In this document: piece by piece, positions 51,355 through 61,408 of the stretch
Position numbering within the stretch: position 1 is the stretch's first letter
How the letters are laid out: each line of letters starts with the position of its first letter
Assembly: GCA_965208575.1 (NCBI GenBank)
Contig: CBDBOV010000006.1
Span: forward strand, 768,001-832,000
Length of the DNA: 64,000 bases
From: Spirochaetia bacterium
GTDB taxonomy: Bacteria; Spirochaetota; Spirochaetia; SZUA-6; Bin103
Reading direction: 5' to 3'
Translations under genes and position numbers: made by a program
Notes under the pieces: generated by a model
Told to the model about the DNA's origin: nothing
Database searches by the model: none
Seen by the model: the letters and a program-made list of their open reading frames with translations, nothing else

Positions 51355-52230
51355 ATGACTGAATTCCTTACAAGGCTGGTCAAGGAGAAGCCACTGAGCA
51401 TCGTCGCCGGGGTGGTCATCATGTTGTTGATCCTGGTGGCGATCTTTGCCGATGTTCTGGCCCCGTACCCGCATGACGAAGTCAACATCGTGGACCGGAT
51501 GCAGCCGCCCTCCAACCGGTATCTGTTGGGCACCGACCAGTTGGGGCGCGACCTGCTCAGCCGCCTCGTGTTCGGCGCCCGGATTTCGCTGACCGTCGGC
51601 TTGGCGGCGACCACGGTCAACGTCGTGGTGGCGGTGCTGATCGGCGGCATCTCGGGATTCTTCGGCGGCAGACTGGACCTGGCGATGCAGCGCTTCGTCG
51701 ACGCCTGGATGGCGTTCCCGGGCCTGCTGCTGTTGCTCACCATCATGTCGCTGGTGGGGCGGGGGCTGCCGCAGATCATCGTGGTGCTGGGGGTAACGGG
51801 CGGCATCGGCGGCTCGCGAGTGGTCCGCGGCGCGGTGATCGGCGTCAAGGAGAATGCCTACTTTCAGGCGGCCGAGGCGATCGGCGGCACCCGGTGGAGA
51901 ACCCTGATCCATCACGTCCTGCCCAACATCGCGGCTCCGGTGATCATCATCTTCACCATCAACGTGGGTGGCGTGATCATCAGCGAGGCTGCGCTGAGCT
52001 TCCTGGGATTCGGGCTGCCGATCTCGGTGCCGAGCTGGGGCGGGATGCTGAGCCGGGAAGGGCGCGAGTTCATGGAGGTGGCGCCGCGGCTGGCGCTGTG
52101 GCCGGGGCTGTGCCTGACGATTGTCGTGTACTGCCTGAACATGTTCGGCGACGCGGTGCGCGACCTGCTCGACCCGCGGCTGCGGGGCGGCGGCGGCCGT
52201 CTCGGCGCCGATCGCGCTGCGTCAGTGTAG
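51355..52230 (+). CDS. ABC permease, DppC-like
   Basis: Start MTEFLTRLVKEKPL by paralog alignment. Confidence 0.92.
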   Translation: MTEFLTRLVKEKPLSIVAGVVIMLLILVAIFADVLAPYPHDEVNIVDRMQPPSNRYLLGTDQLGRDLLSRLVFGARISLTVGLAATTVNVVVAVLIGGISGFFGGRLDLAMQRFVDAWMAFPGLLLLLTIMSLVGRGLPQIIVVLGVTGGIGGSRVVRGAVIGVKENAYFQAAEAIGGTRWRTLIHHVLPNIAAPVIIIFTINVGGVIISEAALSFLGFGLPISVPSWGGMLSREGREFMEVAPRLALWPGLCLTIVVYCLNMFGDAVRDLLDPRLRGGGGRLGADRAASV

Positions 52231-52546
52231 GGTAGCCCGCTGATCGGGCGGCTGTGAGGCGGGCAGCCGCGCGCCGTGCGTGAACGAGACGGTGGGCGCG
52301 CCGATCTGGAAGCGAGAGCGCACTTCCGCCGCAACGGCATCGCAGAACACCAACTCCGGATGGCTGCAGGGGACGATGGAGAACCACCGGGAGCAGGAGC
52401 GTGACACGGGGCGGACTTTATGCAGTAGCGGCGACGCGGTAAGATGAGGCGATGGTGCACCGTGACGACACGGCGGTTGACAGCCCGGCAGGGCGAAAGA
52501 CGGCTGTGTCAGGCTGCATGACTCCAGCGGGTAACAGGATCTACCA

Positions 52547-54094
52547 ATGACGCGACGACGGCTGCCCATCGGCATCCAGACCTTCCGCGAGTTGCGCGAA
52601 GAGGACTGCTACTACGTGGACAAGACCGGCTACATCGATCGGCTGCGCCACGAAGGCAAGCATTATTTCCTGTCGCGCCCGCGGCGGTTCGGCAAGAGCC
52701 TGTTCCTGGACACGCTGAAGGAGCTGTTCGAAGGCAGCGAGGAGCTGTTCGCGGGGCTCTACATACACGACCGCCACGACTGGTCGGAGCGCCATCCGGT
52801 GGTGCGGCTGAGTTTCGGCGGCAGCAGCTTCACGGAGCCCGCACATCTGCACGCCAACGTGCTGGCGCAGTTGGAGGGGGCGGCGGAAGAGCACGGTGTG
52901 AACGTGCGCTACGCCACTGCGCCGGAGCGGTTCGCGCATCTGCTCAGGACTGTGCACGCACGCGCCGGGCAGCGCGTGGTGGTGCTTGTCGACGAGTATG
53001 ACAAGCCGATCCTGGACGCGCTGGAGACGCCGGAGGTGGCGCGCGCCAACCGCGGCTATCTGCGCGGGCTGTACGGCGTGATCAAGGACAGCGACGCGCA
53101 CGTGCGGTTCGCGTTTCTCACGGGCATCAGCAAGTTCTCGAAAGTCAATCTCTTTTCGCAACTGAACAACCTCACCGACATCACGCTGGATCCGGTGTAC
53201 TCCTCGATCTGCGGCTACACGGAGGGTGACCTGGAGACGGTGTTCGCCCCGGAACTGGCCGGCCTGGATCGAGAGCGGGTACGCGAGTGGTACAATGGCT
53301 ATAGTTGGCTGGGCACGGAGAAGGTGTACAACCCGTACGACGTGCTGCTGCTGTTTCGCCGCCGCAAGTTCGCCGCCCACTGGTTCGAAACCGGGACGCC
53401 GGCGTTTCTGGTGGACACGCTGTTTCAGCGACGGGTGGCGTCGGTGTCACTGGACCAGAAGGTGAGCACGGAGGAACTGCTGTCGACGTTCGACGTAGAC
53501 CGAATCGGCACCGAGGCGTTACTGTTCCAGACTGGCTACCTGACGATTACGGGGGAAGAGGAACTGGGCGGGGAGGCGCTGTATCGGCTGGGCTATCCGA
53601 ACCGGGAGGTGCGGCAGAGTCTGAACCGGGTGCTGCTACGCCATCTCGTGCAGGACGCGGAGGGGCAGACGGCCAACAGCATCCGCCTGGCGCGACTGCT
53701 GGATGCGCACGACTGCACCGGCCTGAAGGAACTGTTCCACGCCTTCTTCGCGAGCATTCCGTATCAGTGGTACACGAACAACCACATCGCCGACTACGAG
53801 GGCTTCTACGCGAGCGTGTTCTACTCCTACTTCGCCGCGCTGGGGTATGAGATCGCGGTGGAGGAATCGAGCAGCCACGGGCGGCTGGACATGGCGGTGC
53901 GCACGAGCGGGCACGTGTACCTGTTCGAGTTCAAGGTGGTGGAGATGGCGCCGCCGGGGTCTGCGTTGGCGCAACTCCAGAGCCGGGACTACGCGGCCAA
54001 GTACCGTCACTTGAACGAACCGATCCACCTGGTCGCCGTGGAGTTCAGCCGCGAGACGCGCAACGTGACGGCGTTCGAGGTGGCCGACGGCTGA
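52547..54094 (+). CDS. AAA-ATPase-like plus PD-(D/E)XK nuclease protein
   Basis: 515 aa; paralog of 3064..4704 without the insertion. Confidence 0.9.
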   Translation: MTRRRLPIGIQTFRELREEDCYYVDKTGYIDRLRHEGKHYFLSRPRRFGKSLFLDTLKELFEGSEELFAGLYIHDRHDWSERHPVVRLSFGGSSFTEPAHLHANVLAQLEGAAEEHGVNVRYATAPERFAHLLRTVHARAGQRVVVLVDEYDKPILDALETPEVARANRGYLRGLYGVIKDSDAHVRFAFLTGISKFSKVNLFSQLNNLTDITLDPVYSSICGYTEGDLETVFAPELAGLDRERVREWYNGYSWLGTEKVYNPYDVLLLFRRRKFAAHWFETGTPAFLVDTLFQRRVASVSLDQKVSTEELLSTFDVDRIGTEALLFQTGYLTITGEEELGGEALYRLGYPNREVRQSLNRVLLRHLVQDAEGQTANSIRLARLLDAHDCTGLKELFHAFFASIPYQWYTNNHIADYEGFYASVFYSYFAALGYEIAVEESSSHGRLDMAVRTSGHVYLFEFKVVEMAPPGSALAQLQSRDYAAKYRHLNEPIHLVAVEFSRETRNVTAFEVADG

Positions 54095-54109
54095 CGCCGG
54101 CGCGGCCGG

Positions 54110-55297
54110 TCAGCGTGCGAGTACGGACGGGGCCAGGTCGCCGATCGAGGAGTTGAGGTCGTCGTCCTGGTTCGGGCAGGAGGAGTCGACGTGGCCCGGG
54201 TTGGCGGTCGGGGGCAGCGGCGTGTCGTACTGGTAGCCGGGCTCGGTCTGCTGCCGCTTCCAGGTGGCGCGCAACTCCCGGAACGCCGCGACCGCGTTCT
54301 TCGCCACCGGCAGGTCGAACTCGATCGCCCTGCGCAGCTTGCGCAGGTTGTAGCACGGCACGCCGGCGTACATGTGGTGCTCCAGGTGCCAGTTCATGCG
54401 CCAGTACATGAACGACGACACCGGGTCGAGCCAGATGCTGCGCGTGCACTTGCGGAAGTCGGCCACGTTGTCGCGCAGCCCGCAGTGCATCGGCAGGAAC
54501 ACGAACAGGCGCCACCAGTTCGCCAGAAACCGGGACAGCGTGATGAACACCGGCAGCAGCCAGAGCTGAAACACGATCGCGGCCGCGATCACCGCGGCGT
54601 GGAACAGCAGGATCTTGCGCGCCCAGCGCACCGACTTGATGCGTTCCTCGGGATGCGCCTCGTACAGCGCCGCCATCCACTCGTGGGCGTCCGGCGTCAG
54701 CGGCTCGGTGTCGCCGGCGGCGTCCTTGGCCGGCGGCTTGCCGAGCGCGGTGTTGATGGTGTCCCTTACCCGTGGGATCAGTCCGTCGCAGCCCGGCCCG
54801 CCGGTCAGGTTGACGCAGAACAACTGGATGATGAACAGCACGCGCACCGCCGCCGACTGCGGCAACACCACTTCGCGGTCGCCCTCGGGGTGCAGCGTGT
54901 AGCGGTGGTGGTAGGTGTGGCTGAGCGCGTAATCGTCCGGGTTGAAGAAGGTGATCAGCGAGAACAGGCGCAGGAAGAACCGGTTCAGCGCCTTGGTGCG
55001 GAACACGGTGCCGTGATCGAGTTCGTGCGACGCCGCCCCCAGAAAGCAGGAGTAGGTGCCGTACGCGAACAGCGAGACGGCGAACAGCGCCCACTGCCGC
55101 TGGGCGAAGAAGTAGTACGTCAGCAGGGCGGTGCCGGCCAGGTAGCCGATCACCCCCAGCGCCTGCCACCAGCCCTGCAGGTCGCTGCGCCGCATGAGCT
55201 GCCGCAGCAGCCCCGGATCGATCGGGCTCCGATACCACTTGACGCGCAGCGTACGGCGCACGTCGGCCAGGGGAGGACGCGTAATGCTCACAACCAC
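54110..55297 (-). CDS. Membrane fatty-acid desaturase/hydroxylase family protein
   Basis: His boxes HELDH, HTYHH, HLEHH; transmembrane segments. Confidence 0.88.
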   Translation of the reverse strand: MVVSITRPPLADVRRTLRVKWYRSPIDPGLLRQLMRRSDLQGWWQALGVIGYLAGTALLTYYFFAQRQWALFAVSLFAYGTYSCFLGAASHELDHGTVFRTKALNRFFLRLFSLITFFNPDDYALSHTYHHRYTLHPEGDREVVLPQSAAVRVLFIIQLFCVNLTGGPGCDGLIPRVRDTINTALGKPPAKDAAGDTEPLTPDAHEWMAALYEAHPEERIKSVRWARKILLFHAAVIAAAIVFQLWLLPVFITLSRFLANWWRLFVFLPMHCGLRDNVADFRKCTRSIWLDPVSSFMYWRMNWHLEHHMYAGVPCYNLRKLRRAIEFDLPVAKNAVAAFRELRATWKRQQTEPGYQYDTPLPPTANPGHVDSSCPNQDDDLNSSIGDLAPSVLAR

Positions 55298-55378
55298 CAG
55301 CGTTTACAACCCGGTGCCCCGGCTGTCAAGTCCCTTGTGGTGTGGTGGTGGTGTGCCGGGCGGCGGGTGGCGGCGTGG

Positions 55379-57223
55379 TCAGGATCCACGCGCGATGGTC
55401 AGCAGGTGGCCGGGCTCGATGCCGGGGACGGCGGAGGTGGCGCCGTCGGGCCAGGTCACGGTGAGCGCCAGCGGTCCTGGATCGGCGGGGAGCCCGAAGT
55501 GGACGCGGGCCGGCTCGCTCGACAGGTAGCCGCTGGCCACACGCACCTCGCGCAGGTAGGTGGCGGACGTGGAGGCGAGCTGCAGCCGGGCGCCAATCGC
55601 GCGCGGGTTGGGCGAGCCGGGCCAGCGCAGGTCGACTTCGACGCTGGTGCCTGGCGCGCCGGCGGTGGCGCCGCACACCTGGTTCTCGAACAGGATCGCC
55701 GGGGCGGCGACGTTGTTCACCACCAGGTCGAGGTCGCCGTCCAGGTCGAGGTCGGCCATCGCCATGCCGCGCCCGCCCTCGGTGGCGGCCAGCCCCCACT
55801 CCGGGGCCGGCATGAAGCCTGCGGCGCCGGTGTTGCGCAGCGCCTGGTTCTCTTCGATCAGCTCGGCGCCGGGCAAGTGTTCGAACACCATGCCGATCAT
55901 GCCGTTGACGGCGTACACGTCGAGCAGGCCGTCGTGGTCCAGGTCGCCGAACTGCACCGACCAGGTCCAGCCGGTGGCGGCCAGCCCGCGCTCCGGCGCC
56001 CGGTTGACGTAGCTGCCGTCCGCGGCGCGCACCTGCAGCACGTTGGCCACAATCTGCACCTCGTCGCCCTGCTCGGGGCGCTGCCCGTTCCAGATCGGCG
56101 CCCACTCTGCGTCCACGTCGGCGCCCTCGCGGTAGGGCTGCATGTCCGCCGCCAGCAGCTCGACGGTGCCGTCGTTGTCGACGTCGCCCTCGGCGTAGCC
56201 CATGGTGTTGAAGGTGGTGTGTAGGAACGGCTGCCCCAGGCGCCAGCCGAACTCGGTGTTCAGGTAGACGTAGTCTGGGGTGTCGTAGTCGTTGCCGACC
56301 AGGATGTCGCGGCGGCCGTCGTGGTCCAGGTCGAGCAGTGCGATCGCCAGCGCCTCCGCCTGGCGCGCCAGCGGAAACGAGCGCAGCCGCTCGCCGGTGT
56401 TCTCGTAGTAGAACACGCCGCCGTCGAGCGGCGTCCTGGTGTCGGTGCCGGCGGCGAAGTTGAGGTACACCTCCCGCATGCGCAGCTTCTCCAGTTCGGC
56501 GTCGTACGACGCGCCCACCAGGTCCAGGTCGAGGTCGCCGTCCAGGTCGGCCCAGGCCATGGCGTAGATCGGGAACCAGCTAATGAAGTCCGCGTCGTCC
56601 GGCACCGCCGCGAAGGAGCGCTCGCCCACCCCGCGCCACCACTGCGGCCGCCGGCCGGAGCGGGTCACCGCCAGGTCCATGGCGCCGTCGCCGTCCAGGT
56701 CGAGCGCGTTGATCGCGCGCGTGGCCTCCGCAGCCATCTCGACGCGCTCGAAGCGCAGCCCGCCGCGGTTCCACAGCAGCGTGACCGGGGCGCGCAGTCC
56801 GGCGAGGGCGATGTCGATCAGGCCGTCGCCGTCCAGGTCGGCGAGCGCCACGCCGGCGCCGTTGCCGTCGAACATCAACGGCGGGTCGCCCTCCATCAGC
56901 GTGGCGTGGGGCAGGTCGTGGCGCACGAACCCTCCGCTGCACGCCGGCGCGGCCGCCCACGGGGTGCGCGCAACCTCCACCGGCACCACCTCGGCGCCGG
57001 CCGCGGCCGCGGCAAGCAGTCCGGCCAGCGCCACGGCGGCGCCGACAACGCCCGGCGAGGCAAGGTTGCGCGGCCTGCAGCCGAGGATGGCAGGAATGCC
57101 GGTGCAGCGGGTCACAACGCAAGCAAGGATGCCACACTCGCACTCCGGTGGACACCGGGAATGGCTGGGGCGGGCGGGTGGGCCCGGGTGAGTCGGGTGA
57201 GTCGACGCGCGGTTGCGCGTCAC
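55379..57223 (-). CDS. CRTAC1-family secreted protein (FG-GAP repeats plus ASPIC/UnbV domain); start uncertain
   Basis: Repeated DLDGDGxxD motifs; C-terminal AIGARL...GYLS...HFGL...VTWPDG; signal-like VVGAAVALAGLLAAAAAGA. Confidence 0.85.
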   Translation of the reverse strand: MTRNRASTHPTHPGPPARPSHSRCPPECECGILACVVTRCTGIPAILGCRPRNLASPGVVGAAVALAGLLAAAAAGAEVVPVEVARTPWAAAPACSGGFVRHDLPHATLMEGDPPLMFDGNGAGVALADLDGDGLIDIALAGLRAPVTLLWNRGGLRFERVEMAAEATRAINALDLDGDGAMDLAVTRSGRRPQWWRGVGERSFAAVPDDADFISWFPIYAMAWADLDGDLDLDLVGASYDAELEKLRMREVYLNFAAGTDTRTPLDGGVFYYENTGERLRSFPLARQAEALAIALLDLDHDGRRDILVGNDYDTPDYVYLNTEFGWRLGQPFLHTTFNTMGYAEGDVDNDGTVELLAADMQPYREGADVDAEWAPIWNGQRPEQGDEVQIVANVLQVRAADGSYVNRAPERGLAATGWTWSVQFGDLDHDGLLDVYAVNGMIGMVFEHLPGAELIEENQALRNTGAAGFMPAPEWGLAATEGGRGMAMADLDLDGDLDLVVNNVAAPAILFENQVCGATAGAPGTSVEVDLRWPGSPNPRAIGARLQLASTSATYLREVRVASGYLSSEPARVHFGLPADPGPLALTVTWPDGATSAVPGIEPGHLLTIARGS

Positions 57224-57383
57224 CCGCGGCGGGTATAGGATGGGGGCTTTACACGGGAGGCGTGCGCTTGGGGGAGCGGTTCGGCGTTGCCGTGGCCGCG
57301 TACTTGGCCCGACGCGGGCGCAGGCGCGCAGCACAGCACTCCACGTCATCGAGATCGGGATCCACTCCCGAGGGAGTCAACGC

Positions 57384-59168
57384 ATGTACATGCGAGTAAT
57401 GAGGCAGGCTCTGGTCATCGTCACGGTGATCGCGGTTGCCGCGACTGGCGCCTGGGCCGCCGGCGAGGATGAAGAGGGATCCGAAGCGATGGCCGAGAAG
57501 GCGATGGTCACCGACCCGAGCAGCGGCAAGCAGTTCACCGCGCCGCAGTACGGTGGAACGATTACCATCGCACACTTTGCCCACACACTGGCAGTGGACA
57601 CCTACAGCGGCGGCCCCGCCGTCACCCACATTGCCGGCGTCGTCGAGAAGCTGGCGATGATGGACTGGGCGGTGGACCGCGACACCTGGGCGCTCAACTG
57701 CTTCTGCGGTCCGATCGAGTACATGCGCGGCCAGCTTGCGGAGAGCTGGGAGCAAACCGATCCCGTGACCGTAACCGTCAAGCTGCGCCCCGACATCTAC
57801 TGGCAAGACAAGGAGCCGGTGAACGGGCGCCAGTTCGTGGCCGACGACGTGGTCTACAACTACACCCGCTACATCGGCCTCGGCGACGGCGATGCCAGCC
57901 CGTTCATCGATCGGCTCGGCAACATGTCGTGGGATTCGATCACCGCGCCCGACGATCACACGGTGGTGTTCAAGCTTCAGGAGCCGCACGCGTGGTTCCT
58001 GTACGACCTGTTGTGGCACGAGGTCACTGCGATTTACGCGCCGGAGGTGATTGAGGCGGGCAACGTGACCGATTGGGAGGCTCTGGTGGGGACCGGCCCG
58101 TTCATGCTGACCGATGTCCAGGAGGGCAGCAGCCTGGCCTGGGAGCGGAACCCGAACTACTGGGGCCACGACGAGAAGTATCCGGAGAATCAGCTTCCCT
58201 ACCCGGATGCGTTGAAGGCGCTCGTCATACCGGAGCCGGGCACCCGTCTGGCGGCATTCCGTACCGGCCAGATCGACCTCGGGTTCTCCCAGCACGGTGC
58301 GTCGATCCGTACCCCGGGCGACCTGGAGGGGCTGCTGCGCACCAATCCCGACATGCAGTACGGAATCTACAACTTCCGCAGCGACTACCTGTTCATGATC
58401 AACGTCGAGAACCCGCCCCTGGACGACATTCGGGTGCGGCGGGCGCTGCAGCTCGCGATCAACCTGGATGAGATCAACGACGCGCTTTACGACGGGCAGG
58501 GCAACGCCACGCCGCGCTCGATGAGTGCGCACGTCTGGGTGCCCCCGTACGAGGAGTGGCCGGAAGAGTTGCAGTTCTACTTCAAGTACAACCCCGAGCA
58601 CGCGGAGGAGCTGTTGGACGAGGCGGGTCTGCCGCGCGGCGCCGATGGCACGCGGGTGACGATCGGCGCACTTATCGGCGGCGTCGGCACGCTCGACGCC
58701 ACCTACTGGGAGCTGGTGCAGGGCTATTACGCGGACATCGGCGTTGAGCTGGAGCTGCAACCCGAGGATGGCTCGATCTACGCCGACCGGATGGCGGCGG
58801 TCCAGTACGACCTCGGCATGTCGGAAGGAACCAGCCAGATGATCGAGGAGCACCTGGTGGGCCGGTTCTACGGCGACGGCACCAACCAATGGCAACCCAA
58901 TACCGTCGACCCCGAGTACAACGCGCTGATCGAGGAGATGCGCGCGGCCACCACGCTCGACAAGTACGCCGAGCTTTGGGGCGTGGCGAACCTGTTCCTG
59001 TTGGAGAAGCAGTGGATCATCACCGCGGTGGAACCGCCGCAGTGGAACATCGTCCAGCCGTGGATCCAGGGCTGGAACGGCGAGAACATGCTCGGCCGCC
59101 ACCAGTACGTCGAGCTCTACGGGCGCCTCTGGATCGACCAGGATCTCAAGGATCACTACTTGAACTAG
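57384..59168 (+). CDS. ABC substrate-binding protein, family 5
   Basis: RBS gggag; AWAAGEDEE signal; family motifs. Confidence 0.92.
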   Translation: MYMRVMRQALVIVTVIAVAATGAWAAGEDEEGSEAMAEKAMVTDPSSGKQFTAPQYGGTITIAHFAHTLAVDTYSGGPAVTHIAGVVEKLAMMDWAVDRDTWALNCFCGPIEYMRGQLAESWEQTDPVTVTVKLRPDIYWQDKEPVNGRQFVADDVVYNYTRYIGLGDGDASPFIDRLGNMSWDSITAPDDHTVVFKLQEPHAWFLYDLLWHEVTAIYAPEVIEAGNVTDWEALVGTGPFMLTDVQEGSSLAWERNPNYWGHDEKYPENQLPYPDALKALVIPEPGTRLAAFRTGQIDLGFSQHGASIRTPGDLEGLLRTNPDMQYGIYNFRSDYLFMINVENPPLDDIRVRRALQLAINLDEINDALYDGQGNATPRSMSAHVWVPPYEEWPEELQFYFKYNPEHAEELLDEAGLPRGADGTRVTIGALIGGVGTLDATYWELVQGYYADIGVELELQPEDGSIYADRMAAVQYDLGMSEGTSQMIEEHLVGRFYGDGTNQWQPNTVDPEYNALIEEMRAATTLDKYAELWGVANLFLLEKQWIITAVEPPQWNIVQPWIQGWNGENMLGRHQYVELYGRLWIDQDLKDHYLN

Positions 59169-59233
59169 GCCTGGTCGAAGGCCGCGTTGCCCGCATGTTT
59201 CTCGGGTGACGCGGCCTTCAGGCGCCGCCAGTC

Positions 59234-60202
59234 ATGACCGCATACCTGATACGGAGGGTTCTCCTCCTGGTCCCCACGGTGTTCCTGGTGACCGTGCTGG
59301 TGTTCCTGATGGTGCGGTTCATCCCGGGGGACGTGATCGACATGATGGCGGAGCGGGCGATGCGCACCGGCGGCGGATCCTTCATGGTGGATCGCGAGGC
59401 ACTGGAGAAGGCGCTGGGACTGGACAAGCCCGTGCACGAGCAGTACGCGGTCTGGATCGGGAACATCGTCTTCAAGGGTACGTTCGGGATGCCGTTGACC
59501 GGCGGCAGCTACCTGATCGAGGAACGGATCGCGCGCCGGCTGCCGATTACCGCCGAACTGGGCATCCTGGCGCTGCTGATACAGTTGGCCATCGCGCTGC
59601 CGGTTGGCGTGTACTCGGCGGTGCGCCAGGACACCGGCGGCGACTACGCCGCCCGCACCGCCGCCGTGATCGGGCTGGCCGCGCCCAATTTCTGGCTGGC
59701 GATGCTGATCATCATCTTTCCCTCGATCTGGTTCCAGTGGCAGCCCCCGATCGAGCACGTGTCGTTCGGCGCCGACCCGCTCGGCAACCTGTACTTCTTC
59801 CTGTTTCCGGCGCTGATTCTGGGCACGGCCGGGTCGGCCGGCCTGATGCGGCTGACCCGCACCATGATGCTGGAGGTGTTGCGCCAGGATTACATCCGCA
59901 CCGCGTGGGCGAAGGGACTCAGGGAACGGGTGGTGGTGGTGCGGCACGCGATCAAGAACGCGTTCATTCCGGTCGCCACTTCGATCGGGATGGACCTGCC
60001 AAGGCTGGTCGGAGGGGCGGTGATCATCGAGAACGTGTTCAATATTCCGGGCTTGGGGCGCCTCGCCGTCGACGCGCTGCAGTTGCGCGACTATCCGACC
60101 ATATCCGCATTGAACCTGGTTGCCGCGCTCACGATTACCGGGGTCAACCTGATGGTGGACCTGGTCTATCCCTATCTCGACCCCCGCATCCGGTACCGGT
60201 AG
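59234..60202 (+). CDS. ABC permease, DppB-like
   Basis: Standard motifs. Confidence 0.92.
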   Translation: MTAYLIRRVLLLVPTVFLVTVLVFLMVRFIPGDVIDMMAERAMRTGGGSFMVDREALEKALGLDKPVHEQYAVWIGNIVFKGTFGMPLTGGSYLIEERIARRLPITAELGILALLIQLAIALPVGVYSAVRQDTGGDYAARTAAVIGLAAPNFWLAMLIIIFPSIWFQWQPPIEHVSFGADPLGNLYFFLFPALILGTAGSAGLMRLTRTMMLEVLRQDYIRTAWAKGLRERVVVVRHAIKNAFIPVATSIGMDLPRLVGGAVIIENVFNIPGLGRLAVDALQLRDYPTISALNLVAALTITGVNLMVDLVYPYLDPRIRYR

Positions 60203-60210
60203 GGCCTGCG

Positions 60211-61119
60211 ATGGCGACGTCGACAGAGCAGGCCGGCCGCAACGTCTCGAACGTGCCCGCGCGCCGGCACCCGGGCGTGCTGTTTCTGCGCAAGCTGGCC
60301 CGGAAGCGTCTCGGCATGGGCGGCGCCGTGGTCGTGCTGCTGCTGATCCTGGTTGCCGTGTTCGCGGAGCAGATCGCACCGTACCACTTCAACGAACGCA
60401 ACATCGGCAACCGCCTGCAGGCGCCGTCGGCAGAGCACTGGCTCGGCACCGACCAGATCGGTCGCGACGTGCTCAGCCGCCTGATCGTGGGCGCGCGGCT
60501 GTCGCTGCTGGTCGGGTTGGGCGCGACGCTGCTGGGGGTGGTCACGTCGCTGTTCCTGGGCACCCTGTCGGGGTTCGTCGGCGGCAAGCTGGACATGACC
60601 ATTCAGCGCTTCGTGGACGCGGCGATGACCATTCCCGACCTGTTGGTGTTGCTGACCATGCTGACGATCTTCGGGCGCGGACTGCTGCAGTTCATCCTGG
60701 TGATCGGTATCTGGGGCGCCATCGGCGGCTCGCGTACCATCCGCAGCGCCGTCATCGCGATCAAGGAGAACGCCTACTTCGAGTCCGCGCGGGCGGCCGG
60801 GTCGCCGGTCTCGCGCACCCTGTTGCGGCACGTGGTCCCGAACCTGATGCCGCTGGTCATCATCGGCTTCACCGGCGGCATCGGCTACAACATTCTCACC
60901 GCTGCCGGGCTCAGCTTCCTCGGCTTCGGCCTGGACATCGGCACCCCGGACTGGGGCAGCATGCTGAGCCGTGAGGGCCGCGCGTACATGGAGTCGGCGT
61001 GGTGGCTGGCGATGTGGCCCGGCCTGCTGCTGACCATCGCCATCTTCAGCTTCAACATGTTCGGCGACGCGCTGCGCGACCTGCTCGACCCCCGCCTGCG
61101 CGGCGCCAACGTGCGCTAA
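60211..61119 (+). CDS. ABC permease, DppC-like
   Basis: MATSTEQ...LGTDQIGRD...GDALRDLLDPR. Confidence 0.92.
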   Translation: MATSTEQAGRNVSNVPARRHPGVLFLRKLARKRLGMGGAVVVLLLILVAVFAEQIAPYHFNERNIGNRLQAPSAEHWLGTDQIGRDVLSRLIVGARLSLLVGLGATLLGVVTSLFLGTLSGFVGGKLDMTIQRFVDAAMTIPDLLVLLTMLTIFGRGLLQFILVIGIWGAIGGSRTIRSAVIAIKENAYFESARAAGSPVSRTLLRHVVPNLMPLVIIGFTGGIGYNILTAAGLSFLGFGLDIGTPDWGSMLSREGRAYMESAWWLAMWPGLLLTIAIFSFNMFGDALRDLLDPRLRGANVR

Positions 61120-61202
61120 CAGCCCGTGGTGGAACACCGGCTGCATTCGAGCGGCGCTGCATCCGCCGCTGTCGGTGCGACGCCGGGTTCCACCCTGGGT
61201 TG
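61120..61202. repeat. REP-like palindromic element
   Basis: cagcccgtggtggaac...gttccaccctgggttg inverted arms; one arm recurs at 62227-62265. Confidence 0.65.
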
Positions 61203-61408
61203 CCACTAGCATGGTGTCCCGCACCTTCTTGCGTGTGCGCCGCGCGCCGGGGGACGGTCACGGCCCCGACGAGGTGACCGCAGGACTACGCCGCCGGCCT
61301 GCTCCCGCTGCGGCCAGCCCCGTGCGCGGCACTGCGCCGCCGGCGGTGGCTTCACTGCAGCCGCCCGTTTCGTTTGCAAAGCGACTTCCGGGCCACCAGG
61401 CTGGCACG

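Noticed and set aside
52270-52325. APIWKRE resembles the MoaE C-terminal motif
   Set aside because: Only a few residues match and there is no supporting ORF.
54191-59156. Long ORFs 54191..56224 (+) and 57249..59156 (-)
   Set aside because: Antisense to the desaturase/CRTAC1 genes and the SBP gene.
59206-60210. Apparent long N-terminal extensions of dppC (ORFs 59206..61119 and 42814..44235)
   Set aside because: Out-of-frame overlap with dppB; the true starts are 60211 and 43282.
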